Assembly (NCBI RefSeq): GCF_001194135.2
Contig: NC_068982.1
Location: forward strand, 113,927,292 to 113,991,291
Origin: Octopus bimaculoides
Lineage: Eukaryota
Length of the DNA: 64,000 nucleotides
Direction: 5' to 3'
Part shown: positions 52,333 to 64,000 of the stretch, in pieces
How positions within the stretch are numbered: the first letter of the stretch is position 1
Layout of the letters: every line of letters starts with the position of its first letter
Made by a program: the position numbers and the translations under genes
Notes under the pieces: generated by a model
Seen by the model: only the letters and a program-made list of their open reading frames with translations
What the model was told of the DNA's origin: nothing
Databases searched by the model: none

Positions 52333-53743
52333 CTAGATATGATAATGGTCAAATATGTTGCTTCCAAAACACTTGTTTAGAATTGCTGAGTATTATTAAC
52401 ACATTAAAATAGATTGTTATTAGGTTGCCACCCTCAGTTTCTGAGAATATCTACTTCAGTCTCTTCCCTACATCCACAATGTTTATTAGTTTTATTGTTG
52501 TTAAGTTATTGGTTAGACTTGATTGAGCAGAATTAAAATCAAATACTCTCCCTTCTCTTTTTTTTTTTTTTTTTTTTTTTTTGAGTCGTAGTCTTTCTAG
52601 GACTAAAGTGTCCAATGTATCTTTGCATTTTTAAAAAATAGTAGAGTGTAATTTGAGGGAGTTGTGGTTGCTTTTACTAGTTGGCTTCCTAGAATGTTGT
52701 CAATAAAGAACTAGTAAAAAACACTTTCTCGTGGGCAGCTGAGACTCATGATAAATGAGAAACATCTTCATGAATATTGTAACATAAACATGTCAAGATG
52801 CACTTTAACTATTTTTCATTTCTCTAATAGTTTCGTTTCAATTATTCAGTAAGTAACTTTTTAATATAATGGCTGTCTAAAAGTAATTACTTCTTTTCTC
52901 ATATCTTTTCACTTATCTTAGCAAAAATTACTTATATGATCATAGTCTAATTACATTTTATAAATTATTTGACAACTTTTGACAGAATATATTTACTAGA
53001 TATATTTTAAATTTTTGTAAAAACCAAAACACTATAATTTTTTTTTTTTCTGATAAACACTCAAAGATCACCTTTTCTCCACAAAATTCCATCAAACTAA
53101 CTTAAATTAAGCTTAACCAAATTGGCAGCCTGTAGCAGCATTGGTGTTTAGATGAAACTTTCATTTGGATCTGCTCATTATGATTTAATATACTAGACTA
53201 GGCATAGCTGTGTGGTTGTGGAATTCACTTCATAACTACTGTATTGTACCTTAGATATGCATCTCCTACTATAGCCACAAACTGACCAATGTTGGGTGAG
53301 TGAGTGAAATTGTTAGATGGAAACACATATACATTGTGATGACCAGTGGTATAAGAAATCCCTTACTTGGAAGTCAAATATGAATTCATAAAATACTGCC
53401 TTAATAAGCTTACATCCAACTCATGCCAGCATTGGAAAAGCAGACATAACAATAAATGAACAAATATTAGGTCACTTTAAAAGCTACAAACACCACATAT
53501 TCTTCAACATTTTACATCTAATTTAATTAGTTTAGATTCCTTTTAGGTTTTTGCTACTAAGATAGCTGATATGCTTTCTAGTTTGCATATTTCCAGTGAT
53601 GGTGGTTTGTTCTTCATATAGTGATAAAGAATATATTTAAATGCTTCATGTTAAACATCAAAACATCTAGTGTTAAGAAATAGAGTATAAGATTTCAGTC
53701 TAATATGGTCAGGAATTTAAACGTTACTATAGCAGTCATTCTG

Positions 53744-53972
53744 TTAACTCTTTAGCATTCAGATTACTCTCTCAAATGCAATGCTTACTCATTCACTTTG
53801 TTTTGAATTAATCCTGCATTATCTTGTAGCTCTGAGGCTTCAATGGTGCAATTATTTATTTTTAAAATGTCATTGTAGAGTAGGTGTGAGAAGTTAGATC
53901 TGGCTGGTTTAAACATTAAATAGACAGAATATTTGGGCTGGATATGGCTGATTTTAAATACTAGAGGGTTAA
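53744..53972. mobile_element. piggyBac-like MITE, third copy
   Basis: TTAA|CTCTTTAGCATTCA ... CTAGAGGG|TTAA, body similar to the 2738 copy. Confidence 0.8.
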
Positions 53973-55814
53973 GCCATTGTGCCAGGTACTTAAATAATTT
54001 CTTTAGTTAGCCTGACTGATATATAGATTCCATTCCTAATCCACAGTTGAGTAGTTAGTGACAAGTATCCTTTGAAAACAGTGTTCATGAGAACCACCCC
54101 ATCTATATACTCTCTTAGAAATATCAGCATCATAATTTTTGTATAGACTTTTTCTATACTGGCATGGGTTGAAACAATATTCTACTGCTGGAAGCCCTTC
54201 TTGTCATTGACCCTTATTGGAGAATCTAATCCTTCAAATATTATGGTTTACTCAAGAACTGCTTTAAATCAAAAGACTCTTGACTTTAGAATTACAGACT
54301 TATATGATTTTAAAAGGAGTTACTTTATCCAATTCATTTGGAAAGGTTTATTTTTCACATTATTTCATTCAATTCTTCATTGACAAGTCATATAGCATAT
54401 TGACATTTTTATTTTTCGCTAAATTGAGGTTTCAAATATTCTTGACATAATTATCAAACTAAATTAATTTTTTAATAAAATCAATTATGTTAAAATAAAT
54501 TTATTTTATCGTCTATAATCTGACCTATGTATCAAATAAAAGAGATTGTTTATTTGTTATACCATTTCTATTTTTCGCAATTCATTCTTTAAATTGGTTC
54601 AAAAGTCTGTATAATCTGTTTATTTATTTTTTATTTTGTACATTTGTTCCAGAAATTTCGTTAAGACTAATTAGATAAATTTAAAAGTCATAAACATTGA
54701 AATAATATTTTATATTCAATTGTTTTATGAAATAATCATTACTTTGGTAAAAAAAAAAAAAACAGATTAATAATCATTTTGATTAATTCGTTTTGGTTGT
54801 CAAATAAATACATGACTATATGTATAAAACCAGATAAACATCGCTTTCATACACAGTTGCCGACTAATACTTGATTATGAATATATTCTGTGTATTCATA
54901 CAGACTGATTCATACTTGTTCATGTGTTGTTTTTGCGTGCATTGATGCAGATATCATTATTTAAAGATTACATGGAGAAAGTATATGAACAGTATATGAA
55001 ATAATTGCTGATATATTATTGACCACCTTAGAGTGAAAGTTAACTCAAAGAAAACCAAATTTACGAGTCTAAATTCACTACACATGTGAACCGTTTCCAT
55101 AGAAGAGCATTATCAGAGACAGTAAAGTGTTACATTTAGCTGGGTCTTTTGACATCATGAGTTCAAATCTCACTGAGATTGGTTTTACTTTTTGCTCTTG
55201 CAAGGACTATAACATAATTAATAATCATATAACAAGGTCAGTTTACATAACTATACTCTTTTCATACAAGAGTGCAATCCTGGCTTAATGTTCCACATTA
55301 ATATAAGCATATTTCACATTATGAAAGCATTACATTCCTGAAAATTTTACTCTATCATAGAATTCTATGAAGCAAAACCTATTTTCCTTTTGAAATAGGT
55401 TTTGCTTCATGAAATTCCATGCTGGTGCAAGATTTTCAGTAACGTAATGCTTCCATAATGCAGAAATTCTTATATTAATATTTGGAAGGGATATATTAAT
55501 CAACCCTAACATGAGAGAGACATTTTTAATTTTGTAATGCAATCCTTTCAAAATAAGAACACATTGGGGCTATTTCAATAACCGAGACATCAAAGTCCAA
55601 CTCAATTCTTTATAGTATTTAATAATGTCCGTCTTTATTTGGTTTTCAAATTTTACTGTGCTCCACATTGTCCTCTGTACTTCAGGAGTTGATAAAGTAG
55701 GTACCAAAGATCAGGTTTATAATACTGAAATATACGGCTGAACATAAAAGAAGTAAATTTATGCAAAAACTGTTACCAAACTAGTGTTATCACCATGGCA
55801 TACACAGAAATATA

Positions 55815-55921
55815 TTATAATTAGGGGTCAGCTAATTGCTTCACCACATACCGAATTTAGAAATAGGAGTTAAAAATTCCTTTTCTACTACTGTAAGCAA
55901 TTAGCAGACCCCTAATTATAA
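55815..55921. mobile_element. Small MITE-like element with ~27 bp inverted ends
   Basis: TATAATTAGGGGTCAGCTAATTGCTT ... AAGCAATTAGCAGACCCCTAATTATA. Confidence 0.7.
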
Positions 55922-56068
55922 TAATGTTTATAATTATAGAATATTTGTATAAAAATATATATATATGTATAAATATGAAATTACATACACACATATGTAT
56001 ATATGTATATATAACTTCATCTTCATATAGAAAAATGCTTACACTTATCTTAGAAGCTATATAATTAA

Positions 56069-56100
<32 letters not shown>

Positions 56101-56311
56101 ACATATTTTTATTTATTTTTATTTATGTGTTTCAGCCAAGTGGCTGCGGTCATGCTGGTGCACCACCGTAGATTTTATGAATGAAGATTTCTATATTTTT
56201 ATAACATCTCATATCTTTTACCCTTTTTTACCTTTATTTGCCTTTATTTTTACACGCCTATTAGAGTAACCTCCCTTTATTCAACGGTTTTGTTTTTCAT
56301 AGCGTTTATCT

Positions 56312-56374
56312 TAATAACCGATGCGGATACGTAGTAGCTTTTAGCTCTGGTATCTGAAACTCCGAGTATTATTA
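56312..56374 (+). ncRNA. Degenerate type I hammerhead ribozyme
   Basis: Stem I TAATAA/TTATTA, core CCGATGC (U4C, A9C), stem II GGATAC/GTATCT, GAAA, stem III ACT/AGT, GUA cleavage triplet. Confidence 0.55.
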
Positions 56375-56403
56375 TGACAACTAGCTGATTGTCCTATATT
56401 AAA

Positions 56404-56446
<43 letters not shown>

Positions 56447-57359
56447 NNNNNNNNNNNNNNNNNNNNNNNNNNNNNNNNNNNNNNNNNNNNNNNNNNNNNN
56501 NNNNNNNNNNNNNNNNNNNNNNNNNNNNNNNNNNNNNNNNNNNNNNNNNNNNNNNNNNNNNNNNNNNNNNNNNNNNNNNNNNNNNNNNNNNNNNNNNNNN
56601 NNNNNNNNNNNNNNNNNNNNNNNNNNNNNNNNNNNNNNNNNNNNNNNNNNNNNNNNNNNNNNNNNNNNNNNNNNNNNNNNNNNNNNNNNNNNNNNNNNNN
56701 NNNNNNNNNNNNNNNNNNNNNNNNNNNNNNNNNNNNNNNNNNNNNNNNNNNNNNNNNNNNNNNNNNNNNNNNNNNNNNNNNNNNNNNNNNNNNNNNNNNN
56801 NNNNNNNNNNNNNNNNNNNNNNNNNNNNNNNNNNNNNNNNNNNNNNNNNNNNNNNNNNNNNNNNNNNNNNNNNNNNNNNNNNNNNNNNNNNNNNNNNNNN
56901 NNNNNNNNNNNNNNNNNNNNNNNNNNNNNNNNNNNNNNNNNNNNNNNNNNNNNNNNNNNNNNNNNNNNNNNNNNNNNNNNNNNNNNNNNNNNNNNNNNNN
57001 NNNNNNNNNNNNNNNNNNNNNNNNNNNNNNNNNNNNNNNNNNNNNNNNNNNNNNNNNNNNNNNNNNNNNNNNNNNNNNNNNNNNNNNNNNNNNNNNNNNN
57101 NNNNNNNNNNNNNNNNNNNNNNNNNNNNNNNNNNNNNNNNNNNNNNNNNNNNNNNNNNNNNNNNNNNNNNNNNNNNNNNNNNNNNNNNNNNNNNNNNNNN
57201 NNNNNNNNNNNNNNNNNNNNNNNNNNNNNNNNNNNNNNNNNNNNNNNNNNNNNNNNNNNNNNNNNNNNNNNNNNNNNNNNNNNNNNNNNNNNNNNNNNNN
57301 NNNNNNNNNNNNNNNNNNNNNNNNNNNNNNNNNNNNNNNNNNNNNNNNNNNNNNNNNNN
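56447..57359. other. Assembly gap (N run) between (TA)n and (CA)n
   Basis: Directly visible. Confidence 1.
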
Positions 57360-57589
57360 ACACACACACACACACACACATACAAACACACATGTCTATA
57401 TATGTATTTATATATATGGATCAAAATAGTTTGATTCAAATTCGTTGGTACCCTTGAGTTTCAAGCATGATGCTATTCATCAGCCATTTTGAATTTGAAT
57501 GACAGAAGTCTATCGTTATTACTGTAAGGTGGACTGCGATTGGTTGAGGAACGTCATGCTTTGATGTTGGTATATGCGTAAATTTAGTT

Positions 57590-57770
57590 GGAAAATACTT
57601 GATGCTTGAGTTTGTTCAAATGCTTCATAGCGCAGTCTTTCCTCTTGTCCTTGATAACTTGGGATAAAAATTGTCTCTTTCTCATCTTGTATGAGGAATA
57701 CCGAATGTCGTTATGCACTGCCTGCCTGATAAGAAACTCAGACACTCCCATGTCCCTGGTGATGGACCTG
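57590..57770 (-). mobile_element. Tc1/mariner transposase DNA-binding fragment, probably the family of the 43 kb element
   Basis: SITRDMGVSEFLIRQAVHNDIRYSSYKMRKRQFLSQVIKDKRKD..KHLNKLKH, typical second HTH and linker. Confidence 0.75.
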
Positions 57771-60700
57771 AAAAAAAATATGTATCTTTTAAATTTGTTT
57801 ACAGGAAATGTTTTGAATATGTAACTAAAGCTTCTATTCTGTTACGCCGGCCACAGTCCAATGATGCTGACTGGTGAACCAGTCTTTTGGGGCTGCATTG
57901 AGCTGTAGGATAAATATAGTAATAATAAAAATAATCCTTGGATAGAATCACTGTTCATAGTGTTGTTTGCTTTCAGTCAACTGTGAAAGTTAAGTCTGGG
58001 CTTCTTGACATATTTCAACATGTTGCACAATATTGATAAATATAAGGTACATTCAAACACTGCTGTTTGTTTCTTGTTCACCACATTGTTATGTCCTGGA
58101 TGTTCATTATTTGATAGACTGGAGAGATTATTATCTTACTTGAAAACAAGGGAATGTTGGCATCAGGAAGTACATCCAGTTATAGAAAACTTAGCCCCAC
58201 ATACTTTGGAGCATGGAACAGTAGATATCAAATTATTATGATGATATTATTAAATTTAGTTCATGAACTAGAGATTTTAAGCACAAAGACAAATCTAACT
58301 GAATTGCAGTTAAAAAATATAGCAAGTGATAAATTATTGCAGACATTTACTTCCTGACAATTCACATATAGCATATCTATAGTTGTTACTTGAACTTTCC
58401 TTAACTGAAGTAACGGCATAGATCATCATCATTCTAACATGTGTTTTACTATGCAACATATGTGCATATTTTTTATGCAGCATATGGTTTCTTTTCTACA
58501 CAGCAACTCTGCATGGGATTTAATCCTGTACCCTCACATCTGTGTGGTGCACCAGGTTTTATATTTTGTCAGTTATAATTGTATCAGTGTTATTTCATCC
58601 CATTTATACCTTCATCGGGCCCAACCATATGTTCTGTCCATTATCCCACTCATGGTGCATTTAATTATATATTTAATGCCAAGCCATTTTCAATGAGACA
58701 ATAAAAGGGTGTCTATGGTGCCTTTCAGGCAAGTAGAAATAGCTGCTAAATCTCTCGCAAATTAGACCTTATCTTGAAAATAGTCAGTTATGGTTTTGTT
58801 AATGACTACTGTTAATTAAATTATTGTTTTAACATCCACTTTCATCACTAACATCCATAGCATCATTGTTTTAACATCCACTTTTCCATACCTGTATGGG
58901 TTAGATGATCCATTGAGATAGATTTTTTTTATGGGTATATTCTGTTCCTGTCATGAAAATATTCTGACTGTTACCAAGGATTATTAAATGTTAAATATCT
59001 GTAGGAAGAGGGAAATAGTTGTTGATGAAATAACAGTACAAAGTAGAAAGGAACCTAATACTGTATAATATGATACACTAAGTCACTGGATCATGTATTC
59101 CTAGTGGTACTGAGTCTAAAACAATGAGGTGGGATGGTCGTGGTTGGAATACTTTTGTTCATCTCATCTATTTGGTCAGAACTGACTGAAAGTTACACAA
59201 CAGCTCCAACGCAGTCATCAATTACAACTACACATCAAACAGATCACACCCAATTCATGTTTTTTTTTTCTTCCCCATCCCATTTGCTGTAGATATTCTA
59301 CATTAAATGCCCATGTTACATTATTGTCAGCAATATTAGAAGACATTCTTTCAGTTTCTATCATCTTTTTAGCCATTATACAAGTTCCACTGGCCGCACT
59401 AATAATGTTGCCTTGGTAACAAAAGTTATTTAATATTTTAGTGAATCAACCAAGCAGTTCAGGAACTTTTGATCATAGCTGCAAATTCTTGTTAATAACT
59501 GCAGTCTAACTGTTGCAACTAATGCTTTGCTTCACAACAGATCATGCTGCACCTTTAGTGCACATGTTTCCACTCATTAGACAATACCAGATTCCATCCC
59601 ACTCAAGTCTCTTATTCCATGAACAGCTATTTTCCTGTTCCTAAGATTTCATGAATATTGATAATAGTTATGGTGCTAGAAATAAAGTAAAAAAAAATAT
59701 TTATCAAATACAAGTCCTTGTTTGTCAGTCCATTTTATTTCTCTATCATAATGATGTTTAAGTAGTTTGTTATATCCAGTTTATTACAAGAATACAAGCA
59801 AATAAGACATCATCAACATTTTAATGTTTACTTTTCCATGTTTGGATGGGTTGGACGGAATTTTGTTGAGGCAGATTTTCTACAGTTTGCTGCCTTCCTG
59901 TTGCCAACCTTCATCTATTCCCAACTAAGATAATAGTTCTCCATGACCAGACATGTTTTTTTCACAGAAGACTGGGAATGAAGGACACATCTTGCATGAC
60001 AGAGACATTCTATTCCAACTATCATACAATGTCAAAGCAGGGAAACAGTATCACATACACAACAGACTTCTTTCAGTTTCTATCTGCCAAATCCACTCAC
60101 AAGGCTTTGTTCAACCCCGAGCTATAGTAGAAGACACTTTTCCAAAGTGCCAAGCAGTGGGATTGAGCCCCGAATCATGTGGTTCAAAAGTAAAGTTCTT
60201 ATCACACAGCCATTAATGTATATTACAACAGTAACATACACTAATGTGATTTATCTCCAGTTCAGTGTTGATCCAGCAGACCTATAATAGATAAACACAA
60301 TCCAACCATGACCATCTTGTCTTATTTTTTCAGGTGTAGTATTTCTAGAATTACCTTTATCCAGAGTGAGCTTTTTTTTTTTTTCTTATCTTGTGGCGTG
60401 ATTTGGCTGCTAGTTCTAGCAGGATGAGAAATAACTCAGAGGTTCTGAAAATGTCTTGAAGACATTTGCTGTGAAACTAAAGGTGACATCCAAATAACAT
60501 TGCAATTCAGACTGTAGATCTTAAGTTAGCGATAAAAAATATATATGCAAATATTTTTTAACCACATTTCCTTTTGATTACATAAGAGTGTTACTGTACA
60601 AATGCGATTTGTGTGTGTGTGTGTGTGCGTGCGTGCATGTGTGCATGTGTGTGTTATGTGTGTGTGTGTGCACGTGTGTGTGTGCACGTGTGTGTATGTT

Positions 60701-60829
60701 TATGCTGAATAATACTTAGCATGCTTGCCTGATCAACATAAGTTATATGGTTTGATTGCTGTCACAAGTTGTTACATCTTTTCATTTAAATTGTATTTTT
60801 TACCTGTCAGTATCACTTTATACACACAC

Positions 60830-61060
60830 TCATATGTATACATACACACACATAAATATATATAGACACATGTATACATACACATAAATATATATACTCA
60901 TATGTATACATACACACACATAAGTCTATATATACACACATGTATATACACACATGTATATACACACACACATAAGTCTATATACACACATGTATACACA
61001 CACACACATAAGTTTATATACACACATGTATACATACACACACATATATTCGCACATATG
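60830..61060. repeat. Degenerate ~30-36 bp TA/CA-based minisatellite
   Basis: Recurrent CATGTATACATACACACACATAA units. Confidence 0.85.
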
Positions 61061-61688
61061 TATTTAATTGTTGTTTGTGTTTTCATGTAAAATTCAAAAT
61101 GCTCAATATATACCTACACTAGAAGTATGTAGACTGTTATATTTTATTAAACAGGAATATTTCCTCATACCTAAAGGTTTAGTGTAGTAGACTAACATTT
61201 ACTGCATGAGAATATAAGCCAGTTTTCAAACACATTGTTGTGTGTTATATCATGTGTATGTAAACACACACTCACTGATATCTCTTCGTTATCCTCTTTG
61301 CATTCTTTCTAGTAACTCTCACTGAGCCTTATATTATAGGCAGATGGGATGAGGAGTAGGCATGTATTCCTTCTATAGCAAGACACTTATGCTTGTCTCT
61401 CTAACTTCAGTCTCTCAAGAACTGGCAGAAAGCTGCCGCCTTCTCTGTTATAACTTCACTCTGTCATGTGCTTTTATTCTTTGTCTTGCAAGTTACTTGA
61501 TAACTTCACTAATACCAGTATCATGGGAGAAAAAGGTACCCAGTTTACTTTTGGCATTAGGAATGGCATCCAGCCATTCAAACCATGTCAAAGCAGACAT
61601 TGGCACTCAGTGCAGCCCTCCAGCTTGTTGGATTCTATTAAACTATTAAACCCATGCCACAATGGAAGGCAGATGCTAAAGGATAAGG

Positions 61689-61735
<47 letters not shown>

Positions 61736-62242
61736 CGCGCGTGTGTATATATCCATGGTGTCCCTTGTGGTCAGGCCAGTTAGTATATGGAAGATAATCA
61801 ATTTTACATAATGTTTTATGGGATCAGAAGCTTAAGATTTTAAACTGAGAAACAGGGAAGAAAATGTATGGTATATACATATTTATTTAATTATTTTATT
61901 ACATATTAGAAAGATTTTGAAATTTCTAATCTTAGGTAATCATGTATAGTACCAGTTCTTTCTTATTAGAAATTATGAGATATAACTTATAACCTAAGGT
62001 AAATAAATTAAGCTAAAATATTTCACAAAGCAAAACATTTCTCATAGATGGAAAATAATTATAGTCAGGGCAAAGAATGTGTTTTTCTTACCTTTATTTT
62101 TATGCACACACACACACACACACACACACACGAAGATACATAAACGCATAACCAATTATAGATAGATATACACATGCATATATGTTGTTCATACATATGT
62201 GCATGTGCACATGTATATCTCTCTCGATATATATATATATAT

Positions 62243-62380
62243 AAACAATTGCAGCATGGAAGGTGTTTATAAGCCATTTAAGAAACACATAAAAACCGTT
62301 AGATTCCGTTGAAGTAAATCTAACGGATTTTGTGTGTTATTTTAAATGGCTTATAAACACCTTCCACGCTGCAATTGTTT
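62243..62380. repeat. 138 nt near-perfect inverted repeat (hairpin)
   Basis: AAACAATTGCAGCATGGAAGGTGTTTATAAGCCATTTAAG...CCGTTAGATT / AATCTAACGG...TTAAATGGCTTATAAACACCTTCCACGCTGCAATTGTTT with an 11 nt loop. Confidence 0.9.
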
Positions 62381-62434
62381 TCGTTCCAGCACACGATCTC
62401 AGATCAGGTCACTTGCTAAGCAAGTACATCTCCG

Positions 62435-62486
<52 letters not shown>

Positions 62487-64000
62487 CCAATTAGGCTTCT
62501 GCAGTTTCCATCTTTCCAACCACCTTCACATGGCATTAGTTGTGAAACAGGTGTGTATTCTGGATCCTGCATTAAATAGTTGAATCATGCTGGGAATTTC
62601 AAGAAAACAGTCTCTCTCAATATTGCCAAATGACATTGCTTCCCACCCACAAAATTTCAGGCTCAGTCTCACTGTGAGGAACCCTTGACATGTGTCTTTT
62701 TCTTTAACTTTGGGCTGAATAAAGCCTTATGAGTGAATTTGGTAGATGGAAATTTGAAAGAAGCCCCTTATATATTATATGTACATAGATATGCGTGAGT
62801 GCATGTATGTTTGTGACTCCTTGTCTTGGCATCAGGTGGCAGTTGTAAATGAGTCTCACTATCAAACAGTGCCATTCCTTTACAATATTCTGCAAGAACT
62901 TGTCTGACCTTGGGGGAAATATTACTTTGTTTGGAGGTGAGTGTTGGTAACAAACAGGGCATCCAGCAGTAGAAAGGTGAATCAAAAAACTCCAACAACC
63001 CATGCAAGTATGGAAAAGGGGACATTAAAGCAATGATGATGATGATGATGCCGTTATGAATTCACTTATGCATAATGATGCCAATAACCATTTGTTAGAA
63101 CTCAATATACTTATATTCGAAAGTTAAATGTTAGGTAAATACAAGGATAATATCAAATAATGAATGGCAAAAGGAGAGTCATGTAATCACTTTCATTGGC
63201 TTACAGCTGTTTTCCACTATGAGAAGCACTGCACTCAGCACTGAGTATTCATGTGTCATCTTATATCTTCCCTGGAGCCATTTAGACAATGTGTATATTT
63301 ATTGAAAAAAGCATTTAAGTATAGAGTTGGTCACAAAAATTACAAGCAGAACCATTTATAATATGAGAGTGGAAAAGCTCAACCAGAGACTAATACTTAT
63401 ATAAACCAGAATAAACTCACAGATACAATATATACATACTGAGTAATAAGAAGAAACATGCTATATAAATATACGTGTATGTCCTTATATTGATACACTT
63501 ACAGGTACAAAGATATGTGTGTAAGTATATACATATACATTTGTGTGTTGATGTACATATGTATACTCACATCTACATAATAAACACACATATTTATGCA
63601 TACACGTAGATTTACAGCAATGCATATTTATAGATTCAGACATATGAACACAAATATATGAATTAGACAACTGGACATAAGCACAATTAGATCAGTTCAG
63701 ACAAATTTAAGAGTATGGAAACACAGATAAACTGATAGATATATGTAAAAGGCAGACCCTACTACATATATTTGTTATTCCTTGAAATGAAGTAGGATTT
63801 TTGTAGAGGGATGCATTTCTTGTCACCAACACTTACCTATTTTTCAAGTAAGAACATTTTCTTCCAGTGGAATTTTAAAGCACAAAGCTACTGGCTGATC
63901 TGTTGACAGGAAATGTTAACAAACTTCACCATTTACAATCAAAACACAAATGATATGTCAGAGTTTTTACTTGAGTCACAACCAGTGATGGCTTCATCTC

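Larger units (their letters stand above)
54400..57900. promoter_or_regulatory. CpG-retaining zone, candidate unmethylated promoter region
   Basis: Hand count about 12 CpG per kb at 54.4-56.4 kb and ~10 in 57.4-57.9 kb, versus about 3 per kb in flanks; part may come from young repeats. Confidence 0.3.

Noticed and set aside
56389-57439. 330-346 aa ORFs
   Set aside because: They consist almost entirely of N-gap codons.
58504-58555. Plus-strand exon candidate (QLCMGFNPVPSHLCGAP)
   Set aside because: Two frames are open, the donor is weak and no phase-linked partner was found; not supportable without transcripts.
62375-62420. Hammerhead on the minus strand next to the 138 nt hairpin
   Set aside because: Core reads CTGATCTGA and there is no NUH triplet after the stem III palindrome.

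Overview
AT-rich eukaryotic genomic DNA with short N gaps. The SINE, RTE and microsatellite landscape suggests a coleoid cephalopod, most likely Octopus (inference). No intact protein-coding ORF is present: the long ORFs in the track are microsatellite translations, N gaps or decayed transposons. Confidently identified elements are two 5'-truncated RTE LINEs plus many RTE 3' tails, a CR1/Jockey-type RT fragment, a Penelope GIY-YIG fragment, four R4/Dong-type RT/RLE fragments, Tx1-like 3' ends, mariner and DD37D (maT) transposase relics, three TTAA-flanked piggyBac-like MITEs, about 35-40 copies of one tRNA-derived SINE, and other SINE families. Splice-signal reading suggests, at low confidence, a large-intron minus-strand gene with small exons (52.3, 47.4, 15.0, 14.8, 14.55 kb), possibly cNMP-binding-domain-like, downstream of a CpG-retaining zone at 54.4-57.9 kb. 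The most interesting observations are: (i) a tRNA-headed repeat carrying a degenerate minimal type I hammerhead ribozyme, with sibling copies that start near the predicted cleavage site; (ii) two further degenerate hammerheads; (iii) a nest of elements embedded in (TAA/TTA)n microsatellites with orientation-locked SINE arrays. All coordinates and counts were read by eye.
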